From: Desulfurococcales archaeon
GTDB lineage: Archaea > Thermoproteota > Thermoprotei_A > Sulfolobales > Acidilobaceae
Length of the DNA: 47,740 bases
Assembly (NCBI GenBank): GCA_027012045.1
Contig: JALUZI010000235.1
Coordinates: 1 to 47,740, forward strand
Reading direction: 5' to 3'
The notes under the pieces are model-generated. The model had not been told where the DNA came from. It did not search any database and was given only the letters and a program-made list of their open reading frames with translations. This document shows positions 17,354 to 26,086 of this stretch, piece by piece (the first letter of the stretch is position 1; every line of letters starts with the position of its first letter). Both the position numbers and the translations under genes were made by a program.

Positions 17354-18407
17354 TGTCTTCTACCCAATCGTATAGGGTTGTGATTATAGCTATTAAACCG
17401 GATACCACTGCGAACTCGGTGGATAACGTTATGCCCGGTGCTATATCGATTATTTTATCCGCCGCCCTGTATACCCCTATTGGAATTCCTTCACGAGAGC
17501 CGGCTAGTATATTGACTCTCTTGTTATGTGTAAATGTTTCAACTAGAAATTCTCTTTCTTGCGTGACAAAGTTGCCTTCTGGTTCTAAAACGATTATTGG
17601 TTCATTCCTCCGCGACCTGACAATTTGGTACAGGTCTTGTAGTCTAACCAGTGTTTTCTGGGGTTTTCTAGAGTACGATTTCTTCTGTATTCGGTACCTG
17701 CTCTCTATTCCTTCGTTTACTCCTTCAATAAACTTCGCTAGAGGCAAGCCTTCAGTTAGACCTATGGGAGCTATTACTATTTCCTTGACTTCGAAATTTT
17801 GTACTTCTCTTCCAACTCTTACTCCCATCTTATATGACACGTCCGGCTCAGCTATGTAAGGCATTTGTATGACGCTTATCTTTCTCGTGTAGTTGTGCAT
17901 CATTTTCTTATCTCGGTATTTCCTCAGAACCTGGGATCCAGGGAATATCGTTATATACGCATTGTCATCGATTATTTCGATGCCTATAACTATGTCTGGA
18001 TCGGTAAGGTTGACGCATGCCCCTGTTGCTTTTTGAACGTGTGACCCTACGATTCTATTCACGTCTATGCTAGTGAAAGAGTGCTTTCCTCGTCTAACTG
18101 TTTTAACAGCGAAGCATTTTCCCCGGAGAAGCTGGTCCGGTAGGACTTCTAGGACTGCTTTACTAATACTATCAAGATCGGCTTTTGCCTGGTTGTTTAC
18201 CACGAGGATTTTCTCTGCCTCGACTATGTTTTTCGATATAGTCTGGGCCTCCGAGCTTGGGTCCCGGCATCCGTTTACTAAGACTAGTCCCTGGTAGCCT
18301 TTAGGTGAGGGTTGTGGCTGTAGGTATGGTATAGCGTCTTTGATTCTGGATGCTACAATTTTCTCCATGCCCAGCGGGGTTTTGATTATTAGGCAGGTTT
18401 CCCCCAA
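17346..18407 (-). CDS. THUMP domain fused to a SPOUT-class (knotted) methyltransferase-like domain; predicted RNA methyltransferase of unknown target
   Basis: The N-terminal half has the THUMP pattern CFAVKTVRRGKHSFTSIDVNRIVGSHVQKATGACVNLTDPDIVIGIEIIDDNAYITI. The C-terminal half has a SPOUT-like knot segment, RVNILAGSREGIPIGVYRAADKIIDIAPGITLSTEFAVVSGLIAI. Confidence 0.65.
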   Translation of the reverse strand: MGETCLIIKTPLGMEKIVASRIKDAIPYLQPQPSPKGYQGLVLVNGCRDPSSEAQTISKNIVEAEKILVVNNQAKADLDSISKAVLEVLPDQLLRGKCFAVKTVRRGKHSFTSIDVNRIVGSHVQKATGACVNLTDPDIVIGIEIIDDNAYITIFPGSQVLRKYRDKKMMHNYTRKISVIQMPYIAEPDVSYKMGVRVGREVQNFEVKEIVIAPIGLTEGLPLAKFIEGVNEGIESRYRIQKKSYSRKPQKTLVRLQDLYQIVRSRRNEPIIVLEPEGNFVTQEREFLVETFTHNKRVNILAGSREGIPIGVYRAADKIIDIAPGITLSTEFAVVSGLIAIITTLYDWVEDIE

Positions 18408-18469
18408 TTCGTATTCACTTCAAACTAGAGTACAATAGAAGGTTGCTATAGAGGTTTGTAGAAAAGATC

Positions 18470-19120
18470 TTAGCTCCTCTGCTGGAGAGGAGATACTATT
18501 ACAGCCTTCTTTATGCCTTCATCCGTCTTTATGTAGAGTAATTTTGACTTGTATACTTCTACTTTTCTTATGGAGTAAATCTTCCTTGCTTCAGACTCTA
18601 TTTCCCTTACTAGACTGTTCTCGTTTTCAGAGAATATCATGGCTTGTATGAGTTCATCCAGTGTTGACTCGCTAGCCCGTTTCTCAACTATTTCTTTCAT
18701 TATCTTTCTAATTGCTTTCTTCTGGCTTGTCTTACACCTGAATGATGTGAATGTTATAACTGTTATCCTGAGACCGTAACCGTCCTTTGTCCAGACGTCG
18801 AATATGCCCTGTATTTTACTGCTCTTCCTTCTTGTGAGGCTTTTAATGTAATCCCTGAGTAGCTCGTGTCCTTTAAACCTGGTGTAAGCAGTGTCCCCTT
18901 CAACTCTCTCTATCTGAAAGTATAGTTTTATATGGACATGAGTGAATTCTCCGGTTAGATCGTAAAGCGTTACTTCAAGTACTCTGCCTATGAGTTTGTC
19001 CGGGTCGTCTGCAGGTGTCGTTCCAAGCAACGCGTTACCGAATAGGGGGGGAGCTACTACTTTATACCACTTCTTCATCTTCCATTTGTCTCTAACAGCT
19101 GTTCTACGGGGTCTAGGCAT
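18470..19120 (-). CDS. rps3ae: 30S ribosomal protein S3Ae (eS1)
   Basis: N-terminal RDKWKMKKWYKVVAPPLFG is the S3Ae hallmark; 216 aa. Confidence 0.93.
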   Translation of the reverse strand: MPRPRRTAVRDKWKMKKWYKVVAPPLFGNALLGTTPADDPDKLIGRVLEVTLYDLTGEFTHVHIKLYFQIERVEGDTAYTRFKGHELLRDYIKSLTRRKSSKIQGIFDVWTKDGYGLRITVITFTSFRCKTSQKKAIRKIMKEIVEKRASESTLDELIQAMIFSENENSLVREIESEARKIYSIRKVEVYKSKLLYIKTDEGIKKAVIVSPLQQRS

Positions 19121-19181
19121 TTCCCTACACCATCCACTCGAATCCTATAATAGCCACTGGTTACTTCTTAGTTTTTAAGTA

Positions 19182-19457
19182 TTATCCGTCTTCAGACCTG
19201 TGGACTGCTGTATAAGCCTTGGACGCTATTTTCATGTGTTCTATAATGTCAATCACCGTGTTTTTGAGGGTAAGAATATCACGGCTGCTTTTAATTAACG
19301 TGCAAACCTTATAGTTTAACTCGTTCTCTGTGAGGTTTGACTCTAAACTAATATTCTCTGGAACACCTATCTTATCGTCTGGTGATAGAGCCCCTGAAAT
19401 TACCTCGATCTCCTTCAGCGGTCCTGTAACTTTTATCTTTACACAGAATTTAGCCAT
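19182..19457 (-). CDS. Second Pcc1-family-like small protein (Pcc2 candidate)
   Basis: 91 aa. It has the layout beta(KIKVTG)..A.. SPDD ...ISLESNL..NELNYKVC....SRDILTLKNTVIDIIEHMKIASKA. The LKNTV......MKIA segment parallels Pcc1 LRGTVNSYLRWIKAA. It overlaps the upstream RecJ-like gene by 8 nt. Confidence 0.4.
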   Translation of the reverse strand: MAKFCVKIKVTGPLKEIEVISGALSPDDKIGVPENISLESNLTENELNYKVCTLIKSSRDILTLKNTVIDIIEHMKIASKAYTAVHRSEDG

Positions 19458-20718
19458 TCTTCAAGTTCACCACTGCATCGCTTATTTTTGCAACCATTTG
19501 GGCATCTAGTTTTTTGAGCAACATAGGGCCCTGTCCATATTCTATTTCTGGTATAGTTGTAATGTACGACTCGTCTTTCCTAGTCACAACCAACGAGTCT
19601 TCCTCTATAAAACCATAGAATCTTAAGTTAAATCCTATGATGTGAGTTAATTCCACCGGGATTCCGGGTATATAATACATGTTGAGCCATGGGTATTTTC
19701 TGACTCTCTCAAACCTGACGAATGATCGTTTAATAATATCTATCTGATCTACTAGTTTCTCGTACTCAACTAGATACCTATTGGCGAATGACTTGGGGTC
19801 GTAGACTAGTTCCATTACTGGGTTGAAACTTCCTTCCTTTGCTATTGCATAGTAGAGGATGTGTTTTAGGGTTACCATGTCAACTCCTGTTCTCTTGTAG
19901 AATATCACTTCTCCTACTAGATCCCGTGGATCTATCTTCTTCTTGGCATGGTCATTCATTTTCCTTGTTATCAACCTTAGGATTTGAGCCATATCCCTGT
20001 CCTCTATTTCCCTGGCTTTCTTTGACAGTAAATGCTCTATATTAAGCGATTTAAACTCCTCGACCAAAGATTCCTTGTCACCGGTTATACCAATTATTGC
20101 TGGCTCCAAGGTATAGTACAGAGACTCCGCTATCGTGTAGTAGTCTATGCCGTGTAGAATCAGTTCTTCCCTAGAATCAATATCTTCGAAACCCTTCCGA
20201 GACAACCAATCATTAAGATATGCGCGGTCTATTTCGGTTATGACGGGCTTTAAGCCTCTTGAGGCTAGGTACATAGATAACAGTGATAGTTGCGAGTATT
20301 CCTTAGTGAGCACCCCGGTGCTTTCAAGAAAACTGGTAACCGCTACTCCAAGACTAGAATTAAACTCGAGACAAAATGTGTTGGGTGACGGTGGCTCCGC
20401 AAGTTTACGTGTCAGGCAGACCCTCATATAATCGGATCGATTATCGCTTATTTTAGGAGAAGAATATCCAACTAGAATATGTGGTTCTTCAGCTATATTG
20501 GGTGGCGCAAGCCGTATAGATAAGATGCTGTGAACTCCGAGTCTTTGGAGGCCGAAGAACAGTATAGATGAAGCGAAAACCGATTCTATTGCTGGATAGG
20601 AGTAAATTCTTATCAACCCGTTTTCTACGCCGCTGTTTAAGAAATCCCTGGCAATACCGTCAAGTACCTCTCTCTTTGATTCCAAGTCGTTTCTATTAGA
20701 TATTTTTAGTGCTAGCAT
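19450..20718 (-). CDS. Inactivated DHH-superfamily protein, RecJdbh/Cdc45-like candidate (CMG component)
   Basis: 422 aa. The N-terminal segment LIRIYSYPAIESVFASSILFFGLQRLG has the shape of DHH motif I but lacks the Asp residues. There is no DHH or GGGH tripeptide anywhere. It lies between rps15 and rps3ae, which is the conserved archaeal neighbourhood of RecJ/GAN/Cdc45 homologues. Confidence 0.5.
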   Translation of the reverse strand: MLALKISNRNDLESKREVLDGIARDFLNSGVENGLIRIYSYPAIESVFASSILFFGLQRLGVHSILSIRLAPPNIAEEPHILVGYSSPKISDNRSDYMRVCLTRKLAEPPSPNTFCLEFNSSLGVAVTSFLESTGVLTKEYSQLSLLSMYLASRGLKPVITEIDRAYLNDWLSRKGFEDIDSREELILHGIDYYTIAESLYYTLEPAIIGITGDKESLVEEFKSLNIEHLLSKKAREIEDRDMAQILRLITRKMNDHAKKKIDPRDLVGEVIFYKRTGVDMVTLKHILYYAIAKEGSFNPVMELVYDPKSFANRYLVEYEKLVDQIDIIKRSFVRFERVRKYPWLNMYYIPGIPVELTHIIGFNLRFYGFIEEDSLVVTRKDESYITTIPEIEYGQGPMLLKKLDAQMVAKISDAVVNLKNG

Positions 20719-20822
20719 TGAAAGTCTCCCCTACAGGGTTTAGAGATTAAGTTGTCGTCTTTTATAAAACAATAGCGACATGCTGAAGGAAGAAGATAGA
20801 TTATAGAACTGGATGGGATTTA

Positions 20823-21287
20823 TCACATGCCCGCATATGACGCTACAAGATACTTGGCTTCTTCAGGGTTGTATTTCCAGTCGGCTGGGAGCTTACCTGT
20901 TCTCTTATAATATTTAGCCAGACGATGAATCTTGCTTTCGATTTCTATTAAACCTCTCTTACTATGGTAATCCTTTGGATGCTCGTCCAAGTGTCTCCTC
21001 AGGTTTACAGCCCTCCTAATAAGGTGGAACAGGTCTTCGGGAAGCGGAGGAGCAAGATTCTTCTCCTCAAGTATTTTGGTAAGCTTCTTGCCCAAATAGG
21101 GTTTAACCAGAGGAATGCCGAACTGGTCTCTGAGTATAACACCAATCATAGATGGACCGTATCCCTTCTTAGCCAGGTTCTCGATAATTATCTCTATTTC
21201 CTCGGGCCTATAAGGCACCCAGCTCGGAGGCATTAACGTCGCAGGCCTCGTTGAATGCGATTTACCCTTATCTCTCTTCTTGTTCAA
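20823..21287 (-). CDS. rps15: 30S ribosomal protein S15 (uS15/S13e)
   Basis: KGKSHSTRP...PSWV.Y.PEEIE..I..LAKKG..PS.IG..LRDQ.GIP and the C-terminal S15 helix [25 protein letters not shown]. Confidence 0.93.
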   Translation of the reverse strand: MNKKRDKGKSHSTRPATLMPPSWVPYRPEEIEIIIENLAKKGYGPSMIGVILRDQFGIPLVKPYLGKKLTKILEEKNLAPPLPEDLFHLIRRAVNLRRHLDEHPKDYHSKRGLIEIESKIHRLAKYYKRTGKLPADWKYNPEEAKYLVASYAGM

Positions 21288-21336
21288 GCACTATGCACCC
21301 CCAATCATCAACACTCTAATACAGAGTCCCCGTTAT

Positions 21337-21924
21337 TTAAGGTTTTAATGGTTTCTGCCTAGAAACCCATTCAGCTAATTGCGTGAAAGCCCTATACCTA
21401 TGGCTGATAGTGTTCTTTATACGCTCCCCCAGCTCAGCCATAGTTCTATCATATCCCTCCGGAATGAATATTGGATCGAAACCGAATCCCTCTCTACCCC
21501 GGGGTTCTTCAGATATGCTACCGTGAACTATGCCGTTAAACGTCTTAACATACTGGCCACATATACATGTTAGTGAAGCCTTAAAGTATGCTCTCCTATC
21601 GCTTATGTTTTCCATTAACTTCACTATGCCATCGTTCCCTATTTTACGTTGTACATAGCTGGAGTATGGTCCGGGAAACCCGTTCAACGCTTTTATAAAC
21701 AAGCCGGAATCCTCTACTATGAGCGGCTTCTTTATCTCGTTATATGCCTGTATAGCTGCGTATCTAGATATTCTTTCTATACAGTCATCTTGGACTTCGA
21801 TTTTGGTGACATGGGAACCTTCAAGTTGTATATTCCACTTGCCGAGTATTTCCATAGCCTCCTTTATTTTGTGTTCGTTGGAAGTAACGAAGACTAGTTT
21901 AATTCTTCCTTCTTTCTTCGACAT
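21337..21924 (-). CDS. Non-canonical purine NTP pyrophosphatase (HAM1/RdgB/ITPase family)
   Basis: FVTSNEHKIKEA N-terminus, EDSGLFI.ALNGFPGPYS, GFGFDPIF.P and ISHRYRA motifs. Confidence 0.9.
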   Translation of the reverse strand: MSKKEGRIKLVFVTSNEHKIKEAMEILGKWNIQLEGSHVTKIEVQDDCIERISRYAAIQAYNEIKKPLIVEDSGLFIKALNGFPGPYSSYVQRKIGNDGIVKLMENISDRRAYFKASLTCICGQYVKTFNGIVHGSISEEPRGREGFGFDPIFIPEGYDRTMAELGERIKNTISHRYRAFTQLAEWVSRQKPLKP

Positions 21925-22600
21925 ACCTGCCTCTCAACTCCATATCCTTTAATCTCGCTACAACTTCCTTGTAAAAACTGCTTGCAATAATCGAGTATCC
22001 TTCTAACACCGCTTTATTTATGAACCCTAAATACCTGGGAAACGAGGATTCTATAGATTTCAGGAACACTCGGAGATCCATAGCTCTATCTTCTACATCC
22101 CCTGAGAACCGGCTTAAACCGAAGTCTATTATGCAAGGAAAGTTTCTGTCGGAACTATCCACGATAACATTTGAAACTGTGAAATCCCCGTGGACTATAT
22201 TAGCTTTGTGGAGCAGAGCAAGACTCTTCCCTATTTTAACAAATAAAGAGCTTAGATTGTATGCTTTTTCAAGTGAAGGGTAGATACTGCTAAGAACATT
22301 GTCGAGACGAGTACCTTCAAGCTTCTCCATCACAAGCATACCTTTAGAGATAGCGGCTACGAGTAGCCTCGGTACACAAACTCCATTGGATGCAGCTTTT
22401 TCCATAATCTTGGCTTCTAGTCTAGTTCTCCTATTAATCAGCTCTTCCGCTAGTACTGGATTCATGTACCTCCTTGGATACCTGTATTTCACAACCAAGG
22501 GTACCCCTAAATACCGGACTGAATATATAGCGGCTTCTGCCCCTAAAGCTATTTGTTGACCAGTCAATACATGTGATGCGAGAACTTCTAGTATATCCAT
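21899..22600 (-). CDS. bud32: KEOPS subunit Bud32 (atypical RIO-like kinase/ATPase)
   Basis: GAEAAIY...VVKYR..K.Y..P.L...L...R...E. and the catalytic segment LHKANIVHGDFTVSNVIV...IIDFGLS. It lies immediately downstream of kae1 and overlaps it by 13 nt. Confidence 0.85.
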   Translation of the reverse strand: MDILEVLASHVLTGQQIALGAEAAIYSVRYLGVPLVVKYRYPRRYMNPVLAEELINRRTRLEAKIMEKAASNGVCVPRLLVAAISKGMLVMEKLEGTRLDNVLSSIYPSLEKAYNLSSLFVKIGKSLALLHKANIVHGDFTVSNVIVDSSDRNFPCIIDFGLSRFSGDVEDRAMDLRVFLKSIESSFPRYLGFINKAVLEGYSIIASSFYKEVVARLKDMELRGRYVEERRKN

Positions 22601-23661
22601 GGAATGTCAACCTCTGTTATACGCCATCTTTGCCTTGCAACTGCCGCTTCCACCGGTATTGTGACTCCGTGGGCTAAGCCGAGTAAACCCGTCCAAGCAA
22701 TCATTACTCCGTTATCTCCTGCATATTTCTTGCTTACCCTACAGTACTTTATCCCTCTCTCCTCGCTTAGAGCCTTGTATTTATTGTGGAGATAATCGTT
22801 TGCAGCTACTCCTCCCACCATCAACAATGATTCCTTACCGGTGCTGCTTAGAGCTCTTTCTGTGGCTTCTAGAAGCTCGGTGAACGCTATCTCTCTCAGA
22901 GTATAACAGACGTCATATAGGCTTCCTGGGCTATTCTTTAAGTGGCTTAGGGAAGCTGTTAGTAATCCTGAATACGAAATATCTTGGCCTTTAACAGTGT
23001 ATGGGAATCCTTTGATGAAAGAGCCTTTTTCCGCGCAGATGTCGATGGCATGTTTCCCATTGACTATGTATGGCGGTGAGATGCCTGTTTCTCTTGCAAA
23101 TGTATCTAGTAAATTGCCAAGTGCTATATCCAGGGTTTCGCCTACAACTCGGTATTTTCCCTCTTTGTAAACTATGAGTTGAGTGTTTCCACCCGATATA
23201 TAAACTATCAAGGGGTCTTGGAGCTTGCATTCTAGTCTTCCTATTTCAATGTGGGCAACGGCATGGTTCACTGGTATTAAAGGCTTTCTCAGACTTAGAG
23301 AAAGAGCCCTCGCCAGTGTTATACCTACTCTTAACTGAGGACCTATTCCCGGGCCTAAGGCAACTGCTATTCCATCTATAGCTGATGGATCACTAATTTC
23401 CGAGAATACCTCTTTTAGCGCCTTATCAACACTGGATACCATAAACTCGGTGACCAGGCGGGGGTGCAAACCTCCCTTTATAGGATTGTATTTGAAGCGG
23501 GCATCCACGAGGACTTTGAAAGGAGGGTATGAGACTACTCCCACTCCTAGGGTATGGGCAGTGGATTCTATGCCAAGAACCGTTATGGGTTCACTTCCTC
23601 TTCTTTGAGGGAGGTTGTATAAATTCTGTATATCCGCATTTTCCACAGTGCCACCTCTCAA
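22588..23661 (-). CDS. kae1: tRNA N6-adenosine threonylcarbamoyltransferase Kae1
   Basis: [25 protein letters not shown] (metal-binding His pair), YISGGNTQ and VGGVAAN motifs. The start is uncertain: the annotated ATG at 23661 overlaps rps27ae by 71 nt. Confidence 0.92.
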   Translation of the reverse strand: MRGGTVENADIQNLYNLPQRRGSEPITVLGIESTAHTLGVGVVSYPPFKVLVDARFKYNPIKGGLHPRLVTEFMVSSVDKALKEVFSEISDPSAIDGIAVALGPGIGPQLRVGITLARALSLSLRKPLIPVNHAVAHIEIGRLECKLQDPLIVYISGGNTQLIVYKEGKYRVVGETLDIALGNLLDTFARETGISPPYIVNGKHAIDICAEKGSFIKGFPYTVKGQDISYSGLLTASLSHLKNSPGSLYDVCYTLREIAFTELLEATERALSSTGKESLLMVGGVAANDYLHNKYKALSEERGIKYCRVSKKYAGDNGVMIAWTGLLGLAHGVTIPVEAAVARQRWRITEVDIPWIY

Positions 23662-23773
23662 CAGGCTTCTTATGGTAACCCATTATGCTACCGCATCTTG
23701 GGCATTTCTTGTTTTTCAGTCTTATGGTTCCCTTATCATAGTCGTATTCATAAAGTTTATGCACCCAAGCCAT
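23591..23773 (-). CDS. rps27ae: 30S ribosomal protein S27ae (eS31)
   Basis: 60 aa with a zinc ribbon, CPRCGS...(n)...CGKCGYTEF. Confidence 0.9.
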   Translation of the reverse strand: MAWVHKLYEYDYDKGTIRLKNKKCPRCGSIMGYHKKPVERWHCGKCGYTEFIQPPSKKRK

Positions 23774-23791
23774 TAGGCATCACCTATCCTT

Positions 23792-24127
23792 TTACTCTTC
23801 GAATCCCTCTACTCCTCCGTTTCTGTCTATTATATATTTCGACTCGAATTTTAGTGCCCTTTCAACTGTATCATATATATTTACAATAGCCTTCGACTCT
23901 GCTTTACCGTACTCGGAACGTATGGATTTGACGTAGACCCTCTTCATGTCCGCTCCATAAGCGTTTGCCACAGCCATCCTTATGGAGAACCTCATAGGTG
24001 TTCCTTGTCCAGGATGAGATATTGTTAAGTACAGCTTCTTCTTACCAACCAGAGGGTTGTAGATCTCCTTGGACACTACAGCTGTAACTCCCTCACCTAT
24101 CTGTATTTGCTTACCCTCTCCGCTCAA
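23792..24127 (-). CDS. rps24e: 30S ribosomal protein S24e
   Basis: NPLVGKKKLYLTISHPGQGTP.R..I........G.D...V.V..I..EYG...S.....IYD..E.A..FE.KY...RN pattern; 111 aa; adjacent to S27ae as usual. Confidence 0.9.
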   Translation of the reverse strand: MSGEGKQIQIGEGVTAVVSKEIYNPLVGKKKLYLTISHPGQGTPMRFSIRMAVANAYGADMKRVYVKSIRSEYGKAESKAIVNIYDTVERALKFESKYIIDRNGGVEGFEE

Positions 24128-24191
24128 AGCTATAACACCCTACCTCACTACATCGGTATTATCAGGCATTCCATAAATAGGCTTATATGTC

Positions 24192-24725
24192 TTACATGCA
24201 TTCAACTGGTTCTAGATATAGAATCCTGATGGAGGCCATATACCTAACTAGTTGATCGATGAAAAACGCGGCAATACCTACGCCCGGTACACCGTACAGA
24301 ACCACTGAGTTCAATGGTGCACAGGAGAGTGCTGGGAGAGCTAGCATATCCTCTTCTCCGTCTACTAATATAGTGTAGCACTCGGCTCCTTCATCCTTAC
24401 TGGAGAGAACTTTACATATCACTTCCATTGCTTCCAGTGAGAGTTTGCCCTTCGGGTTAACGGTTTTCAGCACCTTACATCCTCGAAGTTCTTTCATTAA
24501 ATCAATATGTAAAAATTCATTTCTCCTTGTCCTACCATCGATCACTGAAACGAATGGTTTAACACCGTTTTTGATCAGAGACCCTGTAACCACGTCACCT
24601 ATAGAAATAACTTTTTTATCCTTCAGATTATCTCGAATCCATCCATCAATATTTTCAGTTACTATTTCCCCTCTCGGTATCGCATAATCTATCCTCACAT
24701 CTTTAGGTATATTCAAACATTTCAT
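24192..24725 (-). CDS. DUF359-family protein (archaeal GTP-dependent dephospho-CoA kinase family)
   Basis: SIGDVVTGSLIKNGVKPFVSVIDGRTRRNE matches the DUF359 core (GD.V...L...G..P...I.DG.T.R). It sits in the conserved spt4-DUF359-S24e-S27ae arrangement. Confidence 0.75.
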   Translation of the reverse strand: MKCLNIPKDVRIDYAIPRGEIVTENIDGWIRDNLKDKKVISIGDVVTGSLIKNGVKPFVSVIDGRTRRNEFLHIDLMKELRGCKVLKTVNPKGKLSLEAMEVICKVLSSKDEGAECYTILVDGEEDMLALPALSCAPLNSVVLYGVPGVGIAAFFIDQLVRYMASIRILYLEPVECM

Positions 24726-24727
24726 TA

Positions 24728-24964
24728 CTACTTCAATACCACCTTTCCTCCAACCTTAATGGCATAGATTCCGGGCTTGTCCGGCCTATTAATCATCTTG
24801 GCAACAAGTGATTTGCCCGGATCTATTATTATGATCATACCTTCCCAGTCTTCTGTGAAACTAGTAGAACCACAGTAGGGGCAGCTTTTAGCGTCTAAGG
24901 GAACCAGGCCTCCGCATTTCTTGCACGCCTTGAATATGGGTCTCCTAGTCCTCCTGTAACTCAT
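24728..24964 (-). CDS. spt4: Transcription elongation factor Spt4 (RpoE'')
   Basis: 78 aa with a zinc ribbon (CKKCG...CPYCGS) followed by WEGMIIIIDP..S.VAK. Confidence 0.88.
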   Translation of the reverse strand: MSYRRTRRPIFKACKKCGGLVPLDAKSCPYCGSTSFTEDWEGMIIIIDPGKSLVAKMINRPDKPGIYAIKVGGKVVLK

Positions 24965-25530
24965 GACTCAGCCACCTTGGCTTTCTCGGCCTCAATCCAG
25001 TCTTCTTTGCCTAGGAATGGCTGCCTCATGGTTAAACCTACTTTCACCCATCCACTCTTAGTGGATATCTGTACAACTCTAGCTCTTACTACATCACCTA
25101 GTTCAACTATCCTATTAGTCTTAACTCCGATGAACGCGTTCCTTGAAGGATCGTATTTAACAGGCTCATCCATAATTTGAGTTTTATGGACTAGCCCCTC
25201 TACAGGGCCTATGTTAACGAAGAGACCGAAGTTCTTAACGTCGATTACCTTGCCTCTAACCACTTCATTCAACAGCGGCTTGTAACTTAGTACATCGAAT
25301 TCCACTTCAACATATATCCTAGGATCGCCAGGAACTATTATTCCCTGAGACAGTATCTCCAAGTTGTCTACTGAGAGTATAATCCCTAGGTCCTCATCGT
25401 TTCTACCTTCTAGGCCTTCTACGAAATCCTTTCTAAGGAGCTCTAATGCAACCTCTTTAAGGCTACGCCCTTCATACATCATGTTCGGAGGCACTTTCAA
25501 TACTTTCCTGACCCTCGATAGATAATACAT
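24961..25530 (-). CDS. rpo7: DNA-directed RNA polymerase subunit E' (Rpo7) with a C-terminal S1 domain
   Basis: I place the start at the ATG at 25530 (MYYLSRVRKVLKVPP...), the canonical Rpo7 N-terminus. The S1 domain is GKVIDVKNFGLFVNIGPVEGLVH. Confidence 0.9.
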   Translation of the reverse strand: MYYLSRVRKVLKVPPNMMYEGRSLKEVALELLRKDFVEGLEGRNDEDLGIILSVDNLEILSQGIIVPGDPRIYVEVEFDVLSYKPLLNEVVRGKVIDVKNFGLFVNIGPVEGLVHKTQIMDEPVKYDPSRNAFIGVKTNRIVELGDVVRARVVQISTKSGWVKVGLTMRQPFLGKEDWIEAEKAKVAES

Positions 25531-25621
25531 TTCTAGCCATCCCCGAGCTTCTAAAACCGTGAGCCTCATAGGTATTTAAAACAAATACCCTTTATAATTA
25601 TAGCTTGTAAGTACTGTTTGA

Positions 25622-26080
25622 TTAAATGATCTCAAACCTGTTCTCCGTTCTCCTCAGGAAAACAGTTGCAACACCGAGATCCCTAGCCCTTCTCCTTAGG
25701 TCTTTGTCGAGGGTTGCTACAACCACTTTGCATCCTAACCGCTTCAAAGTGAGGGCCATACTATAGATGTCGTCATCGGCGCTATCTGTTGTACTTCTTT
25801 TCACTATGTAGAACTCGTGTGAAGATTTTTCAATTACTTTCTTTGCGACTGAAGCTTTTGAACGAATAGAGAACCGTGGATTATTTAGGTGCCTCTCTAA
25901 CTCTTGGAGAACTGACTTCGGTATCAGAAAAACGGGTTTTCCCTCGAAAACGTCTAGCAGAGACTCTAGGGAGGGTCTTCCTGTTCCGATTGCCATTAAC
26001 ACGCTAGTATCAACAATAACTAACAATAAACCTTTACTACACTTTTGGATTATATCCTCTGTTTCTATTTGCCTAATCAT
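25622..26080 (-). CDS. PIN-domain endoribonuclease-like protein (Fcf1/Utp24-like, COG1412 type)
   Basis: VIVDTSVLMA near the N-terminus and VATLDKDLRRRARDLGV near the C-terminus. It sits at the conserved position between aIF2-gamma and rpo7. Confidence 0.75.
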   Translation of the reverse strand: MIRQIETEDIIQKCSKGLLLVIVDTSVLMAIGTGRPSLESLLDVFEGKPVFLIPKSVLQELERHLNNPRFSIRSKASVAKKVIEKSSHEFYIVKRSTTDSADDDIYSMALTLKRLGCKVVVATLDKDLRRRARDLGVATVFLRRTENRFEII

Positions 26081-26086
26081 GTTGTT

